The translations under genes and the position numbers were made by a program. This document shows positions 41,737 to 54,757 of a stretch of DNA of 64,000 nt, piece by piece. The stretch is from an uncultured Planctomycetota bacterium (lineage in GTDB: Bacteria > Planctomycetota > Planctomycetia > Gemmatales > Gemmataceae): assembly GCA_963849325.1 (NCBI GenBank), contig CAWKHF010000006.1:672001-736000 (forward strand), in the 5' to 3' direction. The stretch's first letter is position 1. Every line of letters starts with the position of its first letter. The notes under the pieces were generated by a model. It was given only the letters and a program-made list of their open reading frames with translations. It was not told the DNA's origin and ran no database searches.

Positions 41737-43146
41737 ATGAAGGAGCAGCCGAGTACCCCTCCTCCGATGCGGAGATTTCCGTTCTTCACAGCCCTTGTGC
41801 TGGGCAGCGGCGTGATCGCCTGTTCGCTCTACGCGAACCTCTCGTTCGCGGTCCACAACAAGGCCAACTATCGTTTTTTCCCGCCGTTTGAGAGATACGT
41901 CAACGCCAATAATAACCGCCACCTGGGGGCGGAGTATTTCAAAATCGCCCAGTCGATGGTCCGCGGCCAGGGCTTCGCCAACCCGTTCGGCCCGGCGACT
42001 GGCCCGACGGCCTGGATGCCGCCGCTGCTGCCCACTCTCCTGGCCGCTCTGCTGTGGGCGTGCGACGGTGATCGCGATGCCGTCATGGCCGTCGTCATCT
42101 TCTTGCAGGTCGTCGTCCTGGTCGGGACTGGCCTCCTGGTCCTCGCCCTGGCGCGGCAGACGAGCCGGCGGCTCGGAGCGATCGTGGCGGCCGCAGTCTT
42201 CTTCGTTGCACTGCTGAGCCATTTTCACCAATGTTTCCAGTTCACCCACGACAGCTGGCTGGTGCTGTTGGCCATCGACCTGGTGATCGCCGGGCTGTGC
42301 ATGTTCGAGCCGCTGCACGGCTGGAAGGCGGCCGCCGGCTGGGGGCTGGTCGGAGGCTTCTGCGCCCTGGTCAACCCCGTCGTCGCCTTCGCCTGGGGAA
42401 TGTCCTCCGTGGCGGCGGCGTTTCCGCGGCGGGCCTGGTCTCGACTCGCCCTGGCCGTGCTGATCGCCGGGCTGACGTTGACGCCGTGGACCGTGCGCAA
42501 CTATCTGGTCTTCGGCCGACTGATCCCGGTCAAGTCGAACGCGGCGTATGAACTGTATCAATCGCAGTGTTTGCAACGCGACGGGCTGATCCATCACACC
42601 ACCTTCGCCACCCATCCCAATTCCTCGGCCGGCCGGGAGCGCCGGGAGTACAAGGCGCTCGGCGAGATCGCCTTCCTGGATCGCAAGGGGGAGCAGTTTC
42701 GCCAGGCGGTCTGGGCCGACCCTCTCGATTTTCTCGACCGCGCCGCCTGCCGTTTCCTGGGTGCGACGCTGTGGTACGAACCGTTCAACCCGGTCGCGGA
42801 GTCCAAGCACCCGTGGAGCCTCTGGTTCAGTCGTTTGACCCATCCCCTGCCGTTCCTCGGCTTGCTGGTCCTGCTCATCGCCGGCATATGGCATCCCCTC
42901 CATCGATGGCAGTGGATCATAATCGGGATCTATCTGTTCTACCTGCTACCGTATGCCGCCATCAGCTACTACGAGCGCTATGGCCTGCCGCTGCTCGGGG
43001 CGAAGGTGTTGCTAGTGATCTGGGCGGCCGACCGATGCGCCGCTGGCGTCTTCGCGCTCAGCCGCAAGTGGCGCGGAGGCGCGGCCCGTCCCGTAACCTC
43101 CAAGCGACGCCCCGGCGGGGTCCGCCCGCGCCTGGTGGAGAAAATC
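41737..43146 (+). CDS. Polytopic membrane protein, GT-C (ArnT/PMT-like) glycosyltransferase candidate; reads in-frame into the next gene
   Basis: [26 protein letters not shown], many TM helices, [20 protein letters not shown]. Confidence 0.55.
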
Positions 43147-44100
43147 ATGCCTGCATCGCCTCCGTCGCCCGGACCCTGCCGCCAGGCCTTCACCCTAATC
43201 GAACTCGTCGTCGTCCTCGCCATCGCCGCCGTGCTGCTGGCGCTGTTGCTGCCGGCCGTGCAACAGGCGCGCGAAGCGGCCGTGCGCATTCGCTGCGCCA
43301 ACAACTTGAAACAAATCGGACTGGCCTTGCACCAATTCCACGACATCAACCACGTCTTCCCCAGCAACGGCGGTTGGGACGGTAAGCAGACGATCTTGTC
43401 CGCGACCGGGACGTCGTTCACGCCCTCGACCACGGATTACATCACGGGCCAGACTTACCAGTGGGGCATCGGCGATCCCCTTCTCTCGCCCCGAGAGCAG
43501 ACCGGCAGCTGGGCCTTCAGTCTGTTGCCGTATGTCGAGCAAGGCGCGATGTTCAGCCAGCGCGTCTGGACGAGCGGGGTCGAGGTGTACGTCTGCCCGG
43601 CCCGTCGTTCGGCAACCGCGCAGCCGGTGGCCGATGACGCCTACGGACAATACCAGGGCGGCGGCTGGACCTGGGGCAAGACCGACTACGCGGTGAGCCT
43701 GCTCGCGTTCGACAACCGCCCCGACTGCACCAGCATGGCCATCATCACCGACGGACTCTCCAACACCATCCTGATCGGCGAGAAGGCGTTCAATCCTCGG
43801 GTGGAGCAACCGCAGAGTTGGTACTGGGACGAACCCTTTTTCCTGGGCGGCTCCAAGTCCACCTCACGCGGCGGGCTGGGGCTGCTGCGCGACGGCCCGG
43901 GCCGCTGGCTGCAGGACGGCGTCTGGCAGGGCCACTGGGAAGACAATCCCTTCAAGGAGAACTGGGGTTCTCCCCACACTGGCGGCGTCCAGTTCCTCTT
44001 TGGCGACGGGGCCGTCCATCTGCTCCCTCGCACCACGGACCAGGCCACCTTCGCCGCCCTCTTGACCCCGGACGGCGGGGAGGCGGTCTTTCTGCCATGA
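43147..44100 (+). CDS. DUF1559 prepilin-type protein
   Basis: [13 protein letters not shown]...[10 protein letters not shown]...[27 protein letters not shown]9-DG ([14 protein letters not shown]); own GGAG RBS. Confidence 0.9.
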   Translation: MPASPPSPGPCRQAFTLIELVVVLAIAAVLLALLLPAVQQAREAAVRIRCANNLKQIGLALHQFHDINHVFPSNGGWDGKQTILSATGTSFTPSTTDYITGQTYQWGIGDPLLSPREQTGSWAFSLLPYVEQGAMFSQRVWTSGVEVYVCPARRSATAQPVADDAYGQYQGGGWTWGKTDYAVSLLAFDNRPDCTSMAIITDGLSNTILIGEKAFNPRVEQPQSWYWDEPFFLGGSKSTSRGGLGLLRDGPGRWLQDGVWQGHWEDNPFKENWGSPHTGGVQFLFGDGAVHLLPRTTDQATFAALLTPDGGEAVFLP

Positions 44101-44909
44101 AGCCGCCGGTACGCCTCACCGTGCTGATGGTCCTCGCCCTCCTCGCTCCTCGAAGCAAAGCGTCCGAGATGAAGGACGAGCTGAAAGTGGAACCCTCGAA
44201 CTTCAGCGTGCTGCGAGTGCGGTTTGGCACCTACGGCTATCGGCCCCGGCAAGCGATCTTCCTGGAGACGGTCGGCCTTCGCTTCCGGCTGCCCGGCGGC
44301 GTCACCGGCGTTCCCCAGACGGGCCTCTACTCCTTTTTCGCCCTGGCCGGCGATTGCGAAGTGACGCTCACTTACGATCTGCTCAACGTCCCGCCTCCGC
44401 AGGGGGGCTACGGCAGCGGTGTGGGGCTGGCCTTCAACGTCGGTGGCGGGGTCGGCCGAGGCGCCATCCAGCGCGTGTCTCGGCTGACGGAAGGGAGCGG
44501 TTACGTCGTGCAGACCGCTCCGGGCGAGTTTGGAGGGAAAATGAAGGAGGTGGATCGATTCGTGCCGGCGGCATCTCGGCAAGGGCGAATCGGTTTACGT
44601 CGCATCAAGAACGAGTTGATCTTTCTGAGCGCGGATTCCCCGACCGAGCCGCTCCAGGAGGTCGATCGCCTGCCGTTCACCGACCGACCGATCCGCGCCG
44701 TGCGGGTGTTCGCCGATCCCGGCGGCTCGCCGACGGCCCTCGACGTGCAGGTGAGACAGATCGAGGTTCGGGCCGAAGAGATCGCGTCCGGCGTTCCCCA
44801 GAGCGAGCAGAGAGGATCGGGTTGGGGATGGTTGTGGATCATCGTGCCCCTGGCCGGCGGCGTGCTCGTGTTCTGGGCCTGGCGAACACACCGGCGCGGA
44901 CAATCATAG
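44097..44909 (+). CDS. Stand-alone homolog of the kinase periplasmic domain (signal peptide plus C-terminal TM)
   Basis: [41 protein letters not shown] match the kinase domains; ATGA overlap with DUF1559. Confidence 0.75.
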   Translation: MKPPVRLTVLMVLALLAPRSKASEMKDELKVEPSNFSVLRVRFGTYGYRPRQAIFLETVGLRFRLPGGVTGVPQTGLYSFFALAGDCEVTLTYDLLNVPPPQGGYGSGVGLAFNVGGGVGRGAIQRVSRLTEGSGYVVQTAPGEFGGKMKEVDRFVPAASRQGRIGLRRIKNELIFLSADSPTEPLQEVDRLPFTDRPIRAVRVFADPGGSPTALDVQVRQIEVRAEEIASGVPQSEQRGSGWGWLWIIVPLAGGVLVFWAWRTHRRGQS

Positions 44910-44995
44910 TAAGGGGACTATCGGTGTTAGGCTTGTGGGTGAGAATCCGATTCGGATCGATGCCCACTCTTGTCTGCCGCGGAGGAGATGGTGCG

Positions 44996-46096
44996 ATGCA
45001 GCGACGCTCGTTTCTTGGGACGGCCCTGGCCGTTGCAACCGCTTCCCCCTTGTGGGCCGCCCTGTGCCGGGAGCGGTGGGATGACGCGGCCGAAGTGCTC
45101 CAGCGGGCCACGGCGGACAAGCAAGTGGATGCCGCCGTGCTGCACGTGGCTCAACGAGACGAGTCGTTCACACGTCACTTCGGCAAGGCGGCCTCGGACG
45201 ACGCGATGTTCTTGCTCGGCTCCATTTCCAAGCCGATCAACGTCACCGCGGTCATGACTCTGTTTGATCGGGGAGAGTTCCGGCTCGATGACCGCGTGAA
45301 AAAGTTCCTGCCCGACTTCACGGGCGAGGGCCGGGACAAGGTGACGATTCGCCACCTGCTGACGCACGTCTCCGGCTTGCCCGATCAGGTGGCCAACAAC
45401 AACGAGCTGCGCAAGAAGCATGCGCCGCTGACGGAGTTCGTCAAAGAGGTCCTGCGCACGCGCCTCGATTTTGCCCCCGGCGCCCGCTATCAGTACTCGA
45501 GCATGGGGATCTTGCTGGCCGCGCGGATGGCGGAGCTGATCCGTGGGTCGGACATTCGCACGCTCGTTGATCGCAGGGTCTTTCAGCCCCTGGGCATGAA
45601 GCACTCCGCGCAGGGACTGGGACGGTTCAAGTTGGAAGAGATGGTCGTGTGCCAGATGGAAGGCGCCGCGCCCGAATCGGGGAGCGGTGATCCGCAGGCC
45701 AGGGAGTGGAACTGGAACAGTCCCTACTGGCGGAAGCTGGGCGCTCCCTGGGGAGGAACGCACGCTTCCGCGCCGGACATCGCCCGGTTTCTCGGCGAGT
45801 TCCTGGGGGCCCGCGGAAAAGCCATCAAGCCCGAAACGGCGCGGCTGATGATCCGGAACCACAATCCGGAAGGGTTCACACCGCGAGGGCTGGGATTTGC
45901 CGTCGGCAAAGAGTCGGGCAGTCCCGGCTGTTCGGAGCAAACCTTCGGCCACACCGGCTCCACGGGCACGCTCTGCTGGGCCGACCCCGCCAGCGAAACC
46001 ATTTGCGTCGTGCTCACGTCGCTGCCGCGCCGCGCGGCGAAGCGCCATCCGCGTGAACTCGCGGCCGAGCGCGTCGCCGCGGCAGCCCGCCGTTGA
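44996..46096 (+). CDS. Serine hydrolase, beta-lactamase family, Tat-exported
   Basis: QRRSFL; SISK (SxxK); LLTHVSG; YSS; FGHTG. Confidence 0.88.
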   Translation: MQRRSFLGTALAVATASPLWAALCRERWDDAAEVLQRATADKQVDAAVLHVAQRDESFTRHFGKAASDDAMFLLGSISKPINVTAVMTLFDRGEFRLDDRVKKFLPDFTGEGRDKVTIRHLLTHVSGLPDQVANNNELRKKHAPLTEFVKEVLRTRLDFAPGARYQYSSMGILLAARMAELIRGSDIRTLVDRRVFQPLGMKHSAQGLGRFKLEEMVVCQMEGAAPESGSGDPQAREWNWNSPYWRKLGAPWGGTHASAPDIARFLGEFLGARGKAIKPETARLMIRNHNPEGFTPRGLGFAVGKESGSPGCSEQTFGHTGSTGTLCWADPASETICVVLTSLPRRAAKRHPRELAAERVAAAARR

Positions 46097-46113
46097 GAGC
46101 CACTAACTTTATG

Positions 46114-46184
46114 GGCGAACGGCCGGCGTCAGCCGGCTGGTAAAGGCTGCAACCAGCCGGCTGACGCCGGCCGTTCGCCTTTTT
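46114..46184 (+). terminator. Long GC hairpin followed by a T-tract (REP-like, possible terminator)
   Basis: GGCGAACGGCCGGCGTCAGCCGGCTGG inverted repeat then TTTTT, between convergent genes. Confidence 0.65.
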
Positions 46185-46318
46185 GTTAGAGCCTCTGAGC
46201 ACCGGGGGAGATCGCGAAATCGTCGAGCGAGGCCGGGGAGTCCTCCGAGACAGCGACTTGAGGTGTCCAAGTCGAATCCCTGATTCTCGAAGTACAAGTG
46301 GTCCGCAGGGCGTCCTCG

Positions 46319-47422
46319 CTAATTCGAAGACAACAATTCGGTCGCGAAGAGCAGGCCCATCGCGCCGCCGCGGTCGTCGCGGCCGTTGATCGCGGGGCGT
46401 TCAAAGTAATCGCGGAGCGTTCGCTGCTTGCCCGTGCCCGTGCAGACATTGACCAGCTTGCCGTCGGCGCCGGTTCGCTCCTTGACGGCCCTCCAGGCCC
46501 TCTCGACGCAGGGGCGGTAATTGTCCTTGGCCAGCCAGCCGTGGTGGATGCCGCGCTGCATTGCCAGGCCGATCATGCAGGTACAAGAATATTCGTCGTA
46601 GCTCTTCGGATGATCGATGACCTGATGCCAGCAGCCGGTCCTGATGTCCTGATGAGGCAGGAGGGCGGCCATGTGCTTCTGGAATTCGGCGATCAGCTCC
46701 TTCTTCGCAGGCTGGTCGTCGGGCCAGTCGCTCAGGGCGAGCGCAAGGCCAAGCGCGGGGAAGCCGTTGCCTCGTCCCCAGGCGGCCTCGCACAAAGGCG
46801 AATGTCGATAGATGCCGTCGCGTCGCAGGCACAGTTTCCGCATCGAAGCGAAGTGCATGGTGGCCGCGTCGAAGTACTTCCGCTCGCCGGTCAGCTTCCC
46901 CGTTGCCGCGAGGATCGGCCCGGCCATGAAGACCGCGTCGCTCATCTCGTTGTGAAAGGGCATCAGCGCCAGCGGCTTGCCGTCCTTGCCGAATATCGGG
47001 TCCGCCGCGGATCGGCACAAGAATATCCAACGTTCGCGGGCTTTCCCTTTCGACCGCCGTGCCAGTTCCGCGAAGATGAGATGGCCCGCTTGTTCGCTCC
47101 CGGACCTGGGGACCGGCGATTTTTCACCGCGCAAGAACGGCGCAACGATCTTCTCGACTTCCTCCGCGTACTTCGGCTCGCCCGTGGATTCGCTCAGGCG
47201 CAGTTTCGCCATCAGCGGCAACGCCGGAATGTACGCGACCTGATCGAGCTTTTTGCCATACACGTCGGCGAGCTGTTCGGCCACCTGCCGCGGCGAACGA
47301 GCGAGTCTCTCGCGCTCTCCCTTCTCCGACGGTTTCTCTTCGACGAACGTCGCCGCTCGGAGCGGCAGCGCGAATACCACGGCCATCCAAGCCCAACGAA
47401 CGGTTGCAAGACGATTGGACAT
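46319..47422 (-). CDS. Glycoside hydrolase family 88/105 protein
   Basis: SDAVFM, GIYRH, WGRGNG, GCWHQV, CTGTG. Confidence 0.8.
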   Translation of the reverse strand: MSNRLATVRWAWMAVVFALPLRAATFVEEKPSEKGERERLARSPRQVAEQLADVYGKKLDQVAYIPALPLMAKLRLSESTGEPKYAEEVEKIVAPFLRGEKSPVPRSGSEQAGHLIFAELARRSKGKARERWIFLCRSAADPIFGKDGKPLALMPFHNEMSDAVFMAGPILAATGKLTGERKYFDAATMHFASMRKLCLRRDGIYRHSPLCEAAWGRGNGFPALGLALALSDWPDDQPAKKELIAEFQKHMAALLPHQDIRTGCWHQVIDHPKSYDEYSCTCMIGLAMQRGIHHGWLAKDNYRPCVERAWRAVKERTGADGKLVNVCTGTGKQRTLRDYFERPAINGRDDRGGAMGLLFATELLSSN

Positions 47423-47517
47423 GAGCGGCACCTCAACCTCTTCGATTCTCCGGGCAAGAGTTCGATTCCGGACGATGGCTCCCCAAGGCGCGCGGATCAC
47501 GGAACACGAGCAAACAA

Positions 47518-48381
47518 TCACTTCTTCAGTGCTTTGCCGAGGAACTCAAACAACGCCTGGGTAGACGGATCGTCGGGCAAGCCGAGGTTGGCGTTGAGCT
47601 TGTTGTGGTTGGTTTCTTTGGCACCGAAGACCCGGACGGGGATGCCCGCGTCTTTCAGCACGTTCCCCAATCGCTGCGCTTGCGCGCTGGTGTCCGGATG
47701 ATCCGCGACATGCAGGATCAGGAATGGGGGAATGCCTTTGTCCCGGGCCACGTGCGTGACCGCGGAGAAATCACGATGTTTCGCGGGGTCGTTCCCGAAC
47801 TTCTCCCGGTGCCCAAACTTCGCTTGCGGCAGACCATGCACCCGGCGCCGGGTTTCCGCCGTCTCGATGATGGCCGGCACGTCATAGGTATCGCCATCGA
47901 CGGGCACGCAACCCTTGATGATGTCCAGCGACAGACCCTCGGCCTTCAAATAGCGATCGTCGGTGCAGACCAGCGCAGCCAGCTGCGCACCGGCGGAATG
48001 GCCCATGATGAAAAGGCGCTTCGGATCGCCGCCGTGCTCGGCGATATGCGCATGCACCCAGCGAATGGACTTGGCGATGTCGCGCACAATCGTCCCCATG
48101 TCCACGCTCGGCAAGAGTCGGTAGTTGGTGGAGACAAAGACAAACCCTTTGTCCACGAAAACCTGCGGCTTCATCTGGACGCTCGTTTTGTCGCCCGTTT
48201 GCCAACCGCCACCGTGAATCCAGAAGACCACCGGCAGGTTCTTGGCCCTAGGCGGTGAATAAACATCGAGAACCTGGCGCTCGTGCGCCGGATCGGCGTA
48301 GGGGATGTTGCGTTTGACGTCCTGGACAGGCGCTTCGGACAGCAACGCGCCGGCGACGAGAAGAGGGCAGACGGAATGCAT
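47518..48381 (-). CDS. Alpha/beta hydrolase (HSL-like esterase)
   Basis: IHGGGW, NYRL, GHSAG, PPFLILH. Confidence 0.88.
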   Translation of the reverse strand: MHSVCPLLVAGALLSEAPVQDVKRNIPYADPAHERQVLDVYSPPRAKNLPVVFWIHGGGWQTGDKTSVQMKPQVFVDKGFVFVSTNYRLLPSVDMGTIVRDIAKSIRWVHAHIAEHGGDPKRLFIMGHSAGAQLAALVCTDDRYLKAEGLSLDIIKGCVPVDGDTYDVPAIIETAETRRRVHGLPQAKFGHREKFGNDPAKHRDFSAVTHVARDKGIPPFLILHVADHPDTSAQAQRLGNVLKDAGIPVRVFGAKETNHNKLNANLGLPDDPSTQALFEFLGKALKK

Positions 48382-48523
48382 GGTAGTCCTCCTTCTTTTA
48401 TGACAGGTTTTGGATTTCCCGGAAGCTCCGAACACGATACAATGGCATTCTACTGAGTTCGCGGCCTTCCTCCTTGCCCACCCTTGTTGCCGATGGCGCA
48501 GCTTCCCGTGACACGAGGGTCTC

Positions 48524-50868
48524 ATGTCCCCGAATGTTCGCTTTCTCGTCCTTGCTCTCGTAACCGGGCTTGCTTCCCCTGCCGCCGTTCGCTGCGACGA
48601 CAAACTGCCCCGGCCGCCAATGGGGTGCGCCGCGGCCGTGGACAACTATTTCGAGGAGGAGGTCTGGGCCAAGGTCGGGCTTCGGAAGTGCCTGACCTGC
48701 CACCGCAAGGGCGGCGACGCCGAGGACAGCAAGTTCGTCCTGATCGACCCGCGCAAGCGCCAGGGAGCGGCTCGCGGCGAGGCCATGCGACACAACCGCG
48801 CCGCCTTCGCTCGCATGGCCGCGGTCAAGGAGAAAAACCAGTCGCGGATGCTCCTCAAGGTGGTCGGCGAGCTGGACCACGGCGGTTCCGACGTGCTCAC
48901 GCCCGACTCGGTGGGCTATCGCATCCTCGCCGACTTCGTTCGTCGGGTGAACGGCCGCGGGGCCGGGAAGACGCCCGCCGTCGTGGCGGACCCCAAGGCA
49001 CCCCCGTTCTTCCAGGGCGTTGTGATGCTCGACGACCGCAGGCTGCTCCGCCGCGTCACCCTTTCGCTCGCCGGCCGGCTTCCGACCGACGCCGAGCTCG
49101 CGGCCATCGCCAGGGACGGCCCGAAGGCGATGCCCGCCGCTCCTCGACGCCGTCATGAAAGAGGACGCCTTCTACGACCGGCTCCGCGAGGGGTTCAACG
49201 ACATCTTCCTCACGCTCGGCATCGACGGCAACGCGGACCAAACGGTGCTGTCCTACGAGCACTTCGAGAAGACCCGGCACTGGTATCAGCAGCTACGACC
49301 TGAGCCACATCAAGGACAAGAACGAGCGCCAGCGGACCGAGTGGAAGATCGCCGCCGAATACCGCAAGGCCCTGCTCGGCGAGCCGATGAAGCTGATCGA
49401 GCACATCGTCCGCAACGACAAGCCGTTCACCGAGATCGTGACCGCCGATTACATCATGGTCTCGCCATACTCGGCCCGCGGCTACGGCGTCTTCGACGAG
49501 GTGAAGGGCAAGTTCAAGAACCCGAACGACCCCTACGAGTACGTCCCCGTGAAGCTGAAGGCCCTCGTCGGCCGGAGCAAGGCGGAGAACCAGGAGTCGG
49601 CGACCGGATCCTACCCGCACGCGGGACTTCTAAGTACGTTCCAGTACCTCACCCGCTACCCGACGACCGAAACGAACCGCAACCGCCTCCGTGCCCGGAT
49701 GTACTACCAGCACTTCCTCGGGGTGGACGTGCTCGAGCTGGCCGCCCGCGTGTCGGACGCCGCCGCCGTCACGGCGAAGTTCAAGGTGCCGACGATGCAG
49801 GCGGCCGAGTGCGTCGTCTGCCACAGGACGCTCGACCCCGTCGCCGGCCTGTTCCAGGACTACTGGCGGTTCGCGGACCAGGGCGTTTACGGCAAACGCA
49901 AGGGCGGGTGGTTCACGGACATGTTCGCGGCCGGGTTCGAGGGCGAGGATCTGCCGGCCGCGGAGCGGTGGCGTTCCTTGCAGTGGCTCGGCGAACGCAC
50001 GGCGAAGGATCCGCGCTTCGCCGTCGCCATGACCGAGCACGTCTACTACATCCTCACCGGCCGCAAGGTGCTGCTGCCGCCCAAGGATGTCGAAGACCCT
50101 CTGTACCCCGCGAGGCTGCGGGCTTACTCGGAGCAACGCCGTCAAACCGAGGCGATCGCGGCCCGATTCGCCGGCTCCGGGTTCAACCTCAAGTCCGTGT
50201 TCAAGGACTGGATCGCTTCCGACTTCTACCGGGCCGACGGATTGGCGACCGCGGTCAAGGAGCCGTGCCGGCGGGCGGAGCTGGACGACGTCGGGCTGGT
50301 GCGGATGCTCTCTCCCGAACAGGTCGAGCGAAAGGTCGGCGCCGTCTTCGGCGAAAAGTGGGGCAAGTTGACCGACCAGCTCGCGACCCTCTACGGCGGC
50401 ATCGACTCGAAGGAGGTGACCGATCGAGCCGCGGACCCCAGCGGCGCGATGGGCGCGATCCAGCGGACCCTCTCCAACGACGTGGCGTGCAAGCACGTCG
50501 CCCGCGACTTCGCCCGCCCGGCCTCCCAACGAAGGCTGTTCCCCGGCATCGAGCCAACGGTAGTGCCCGGTGCTTCCAGCGAAGGCGACAGGACGATTCG
50601 CAAGGCCATCGCCCATCTCCACGAGAAAATCCTGGGCCGTAACGACGCCGTGGACTCCGCTGAGGTCGAGCGGACGTTCAAGCTGTTCGCCGGCATCGTC
50701 AAGGACGCCGGCGAGCAGAAGGGGCTCGACAAGCGGGAGAACTATGCCTGCCGGCCGGGCAACCGAGACGCCGCGGGATCGGCGTCGGACGACCCCCACT
50801 ACACCATCCGGGCCTGGCGCGGCGTGGTCACGTACCTGCTGCGACGATCGGAATTCCTTTACGAGTGA
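48524..50868 (+). CDS. Secreted CxxCH-containing protein, DUF1501 partner; frameshifts near 49140 and 49290
   Basis: Signal peptide; [38 protein letters not shown]. Confidence 0.7.
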
Positions 50869-52158
50869 GCCACTCCATGCGCCGCGACTTCCTCAAGCTC
50901 TGCGGGATGGCCGGCCTCGGCCTCGCCGTCCCTTTCCGTCTGCCCGCGGCCCACGCCGCCGAGAAGAAGGACGAGCCGTATGCCGGCCCGTACTATGTCG
51001 TGTTCAACGCCTCCGGCGGATGGGACACGACCTACCTCATGGACCCCAAGGGGATCAACGGGATCAACCGCCTCTACAAGGAAGGCGACATTCTGACGAA
51101 GGGGGCGCACAAATACGCTCCGATCAAAAAGCACGCCCAGGGCGGGATGTGCAACGAAGACTTCTACGCCGAGTTCGGCAACGAGCTGCTTACCTTGAAC
51201 GGGTTGGACTACTCGGTCAACAACCACTCGCCCGGCGCTCGCTACATGGCCACCGGCAAGCTGGACAGCCTGGCCTATCCGACGTTCGCCGCGCTGGTCG
51301 CCGCCTGTCGTGGGTCGAATTGCCCGCTCGCATTCCTGACCTTCGGCAACTACTCCTCGACCGGCAACCTCGTCGCCATGTCCCGCGTCCCGTACCTGCC
51401 GTCGCTCCAGAAAATCGCCAACGCCGACGCGGTCGATGGCAACGACAGGTCTCCCTATCACGACAAGTTCGTGCTCGACCGCATCGAGCGGACCCTCCGC
51501 GAGGGGCACGAGGCATTGGCCGCGCAGCCGCGATTGCCGCGAGCCGAGCGCGGCGAGAACATGCTGTACGCGGCCCAGGTAAGCTCGAAGGCGCTCCAGC
51601 GCGTGACGCAGTACATCCCCAAATCCATCCCCAAAGAGCGGCTGTCGCAGCAAGCCGAGATCGCGCTGGCCTCGTTCAAGGCGGGGGTCTGCGTGTCCGC
51701 CAACCTGGACATCGGGCAATTCGATAGCCACGCGAACAACGACCGGGACCAGATGAAGCTGATCCCCGAGTTCCTCGCCGGAATCGCCTACTTGATCCGC
51801 CGGGCGGGCTGAATTGAAGATCCGCGATCAACTCGTCGTCGTTGTCCAGAGCGAGATGGGGCGAACGCCGAACTACAACGCCGGCAACGGCAAGGACCAC
51901 TGGTCGATCGGCTCGGCCCTGTTCCTCGGGCGCGGCATCAAGGGGAACCGGGTGATCGGCGCCACCGACGACAAGCAGTTCGCCGTTCCGCTCGATCCGC
52001 ACACGCTGAAGCCCACCAAGGACAAGGGCATCCGCGTGCGCCCCGAACACATCCACGAGTCCCTCCGTGGACTCGCCGGCATTGCGGACCACCCGTTGAG
52101 CAAGAAGTTCCCCCTGGGGTTGGCCGACAAGGAGAAGCTCCGAGGGTTTTGGGGATAA
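50865..52158 (+). CDS. DUF1501-family protein; frameshift near 51808
   Basis: RRDFL Tat motif; SGGWD..YLMDPK; FDSH; SEMGRTP; GKDHW. Confidence 0.8.
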
Positions 52159-52372
52159 GCCGTTTGCCTGTATCCTTGCCGGGACTCGATAGGCTGCTGA
52201 GCTTGGTTGACTCGGAAGCCGTGGGGGAGTCAACATCATTTATCTGCCCGGGGGCGGGTAGAGTGGAAAGAGCAAATGCGACCATGACGGTAATGCATGG
52301 TCGCCGCACTTTGCGCCGGCTCGCGCTCACCCGACCGTGCCGCCCGCTTTTTACTTGCCGGAGTCTGCTGTC

Positions 52373-54757
52373 ATGCGTGTCTTGCGGATCTCTGCACGCC
52401 TTTGGGCGTCCGCTCTGTTCCTCACGGGTGGATTGCTCAGTGGGCACGGGGCACAACAACCTTCCAAACCTCCCTCCTCGCCAGGAGCAAGACTCGATCG
52501 CGCCACCGTCAAGAGCTTTGTCACGCAACATTGCACCCGTTGCCATGACGGCGACGTAAAGAAAGCTGGATTGGATCTCGACGCCCTCCGTGCCGAAGAC
52601 CTGGAGGCCCATCCGGAGGTCTGGGAGAAGGTAGTTCGCAAGTTGGCCGCGCGTCAAATGCCTCCCGTCGGCAAGCCGCGCCCGGACGAGCGGACGTACG
52701 AGTCTTTTGTTGCCGTGCTGGAAGCCGAGTTGGATCGCGTGGCGGCAGCGGCGCCCGATCCCGGCCGAACGCCTACCTTGCGGCGACTGAACCGCACCGA
52801 ATACCAGAACGCCATCCGCGATCTCCTCGCGTTGCACGTGGACGCCGCGGCACTGTTGCCGGCGGACGAAGCCAATCATGGCTTTGACGCTGCTCCCCTG
52901 GGCGATCTGTCACCGACGCTTCTGGACCGCTACCTCTCGGCGGCTCAGAAGATCAGCCGGTTGGCAGTCGGCAAGGCACCGACCTCGCCCAATAGCGATA
53001 CCTTCCGCACCCCGCCGGATCTGACCCAGGAAGGACACGTCCAGGGGCTTCCCCTCGGGACGCGCGGCGGCGTTCTGATTCCGTACACCGCGCCGCGGGA
53101 CGGGGAATACGACATCCAGGTCTGGCTTACGCGAGATCGCAACGAGCAGGTCGAGGGTCTTCGCGAGCCACACGAACTGGAAGTGCTTCTGGACCGAAAA
53201 CGGATGGCTGCGTTCACCGTCAAGCCGCCCAAGAGAGGCGAGGGCCATGACAAGGTAGACGCCAAGCTGAAAGCCCGCATCGCGCTGACGGCTGGGCCGC
53301 ACGATCTCGGCGTGACTTTTTTGCAGGACCCGCCCGACGTGCTCGAAACCAAGCGTCAGCCCTACGAGGCGCACTGGAACTTGCACCGGCATCCGCGTCC
53401 GTCGCCGGCTATCTACCAGGTAACCCTTACCGGCCCCTACAACGCGAAAGGCCACGGCACGACGCCTAGCCGGCGGCGCATTTTTCGCCGCGAACCCACC
53501 GGGCCGGCGGACGAAGAAGCATGTGCCAAGAAAAACCTCTCGGACTTGCTGCGCCGCGGCTACCGGCGGCCCGTCACCCCTGCCAACCTCGAAAAGGCGA
53601 TGAAGTTCTATCGGCAAGGGCGCAAGGACGGGGATTTCGACGCGGGAATCGAAATGGCCCTCAGCGCCCTGCTGGTAAATCCTCAGTTCTTATTCCGCGT
53701 CGAGCTGGATCCGAAGGACCTCGCCCCGAAAACCGCCTATCGAGTCAGCGACATCGACCTCGCGTCACGCCTGTCCTTCTTCCTGTGGAGCAGCATCCCG
53801 GACGACGAGCTTCTGGACCTGGCCGCGCGCAACGAGCTGCACAAGCCCGAACAGTTTGAAAAACAGGTGCGGCGAATGCTCGCGGACGAGCGGTCGCGAA
53901 ACCTCGCGACGAATTTCGCCGCGCAATGGTTGCACCTGGGCAACCTGGAATCGATCACGCCGGACCTGCGCCTGTTCCCCGACTTCGACGACAATCTGCG
54001 GAAGGCGTTCCGCCAGGAAACGGAACTTTACGTCGAGAGCGTGTTCCGCGAGGACCATAGCGTACTCGACCTTGCTCCAGGCGGACTACACGTTCCTTAA
54101 CGAGCGCCTCGCCAAGCACTACGGAATCCCCCATATCTATGGCAGTCGGTTTCGCCGCGTCGAACTCGGTGCCGTCCGTCGCAGGGGCGGCCTGCTACGG
54201 CAGGGGAGCATTCTGACCGTGACTTCCTACGCAACTCGGACCTCGCCGGTGGTTCGCGGCAAGTGGATTCTCGAGAACATGCTCGGCACGCCGCCGCCGC
54301 CACCTCCGGCCAACGTGCCCTCCTTGAAGGAGACCACCGTGGCCGCGACTCTCTCCATCCGAGAGCGATTGGCCGAGCATCGCTCCAACGCCAGCTGCGC
54401 GAGTTGCCATCGCCTGATCGATCCGGTGGGCTTCGCGCTGGAACAATTCGACGCCGTGGGCCGCTGGCGATCGCTGGACGAGGGCAGGCCGATCGATGCG
54501 GCCGGCGGACTGCCCGACGGCAGCAATTTGAAGGCGTTGCCGGACTCGAGAAGGCGCTGCTCCAGCGGCCGGAGTGGTTCGTCCGCACGCTGACCGAAAA
54601 GCTCTTTATCTTCGCCCTGGGCCGGGCACCGGAGGAAGCCGACGCGCCGGCCATCCGCAAAATTGTCCGCGATACGCGGGCGAATCATTACCGCTTCTCC
54701 TCGCTGATCGTGGGCATCACGACCAGCGTGCCGTTTCAGATGAGGAGGTCGCAGTGA
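52373..54757 (+). CDS. DUF1587/1595/1592/1588/1585 cytochrome c-like protein; frameshifts near 54070 and 54525
   Basis: CTRCH, MPP, LRRLNRTEYQNAIRDLL, LASRLSFFLWSSIPD, TSPVVRGKW, CASCH..IDP.GF. Confidence 0.88.

Noticed and set aside
46186-46318. TAGAGCCTCTGAG resembling an IS end
   Set aside because: No partner inverted repeat or transposase fragment found
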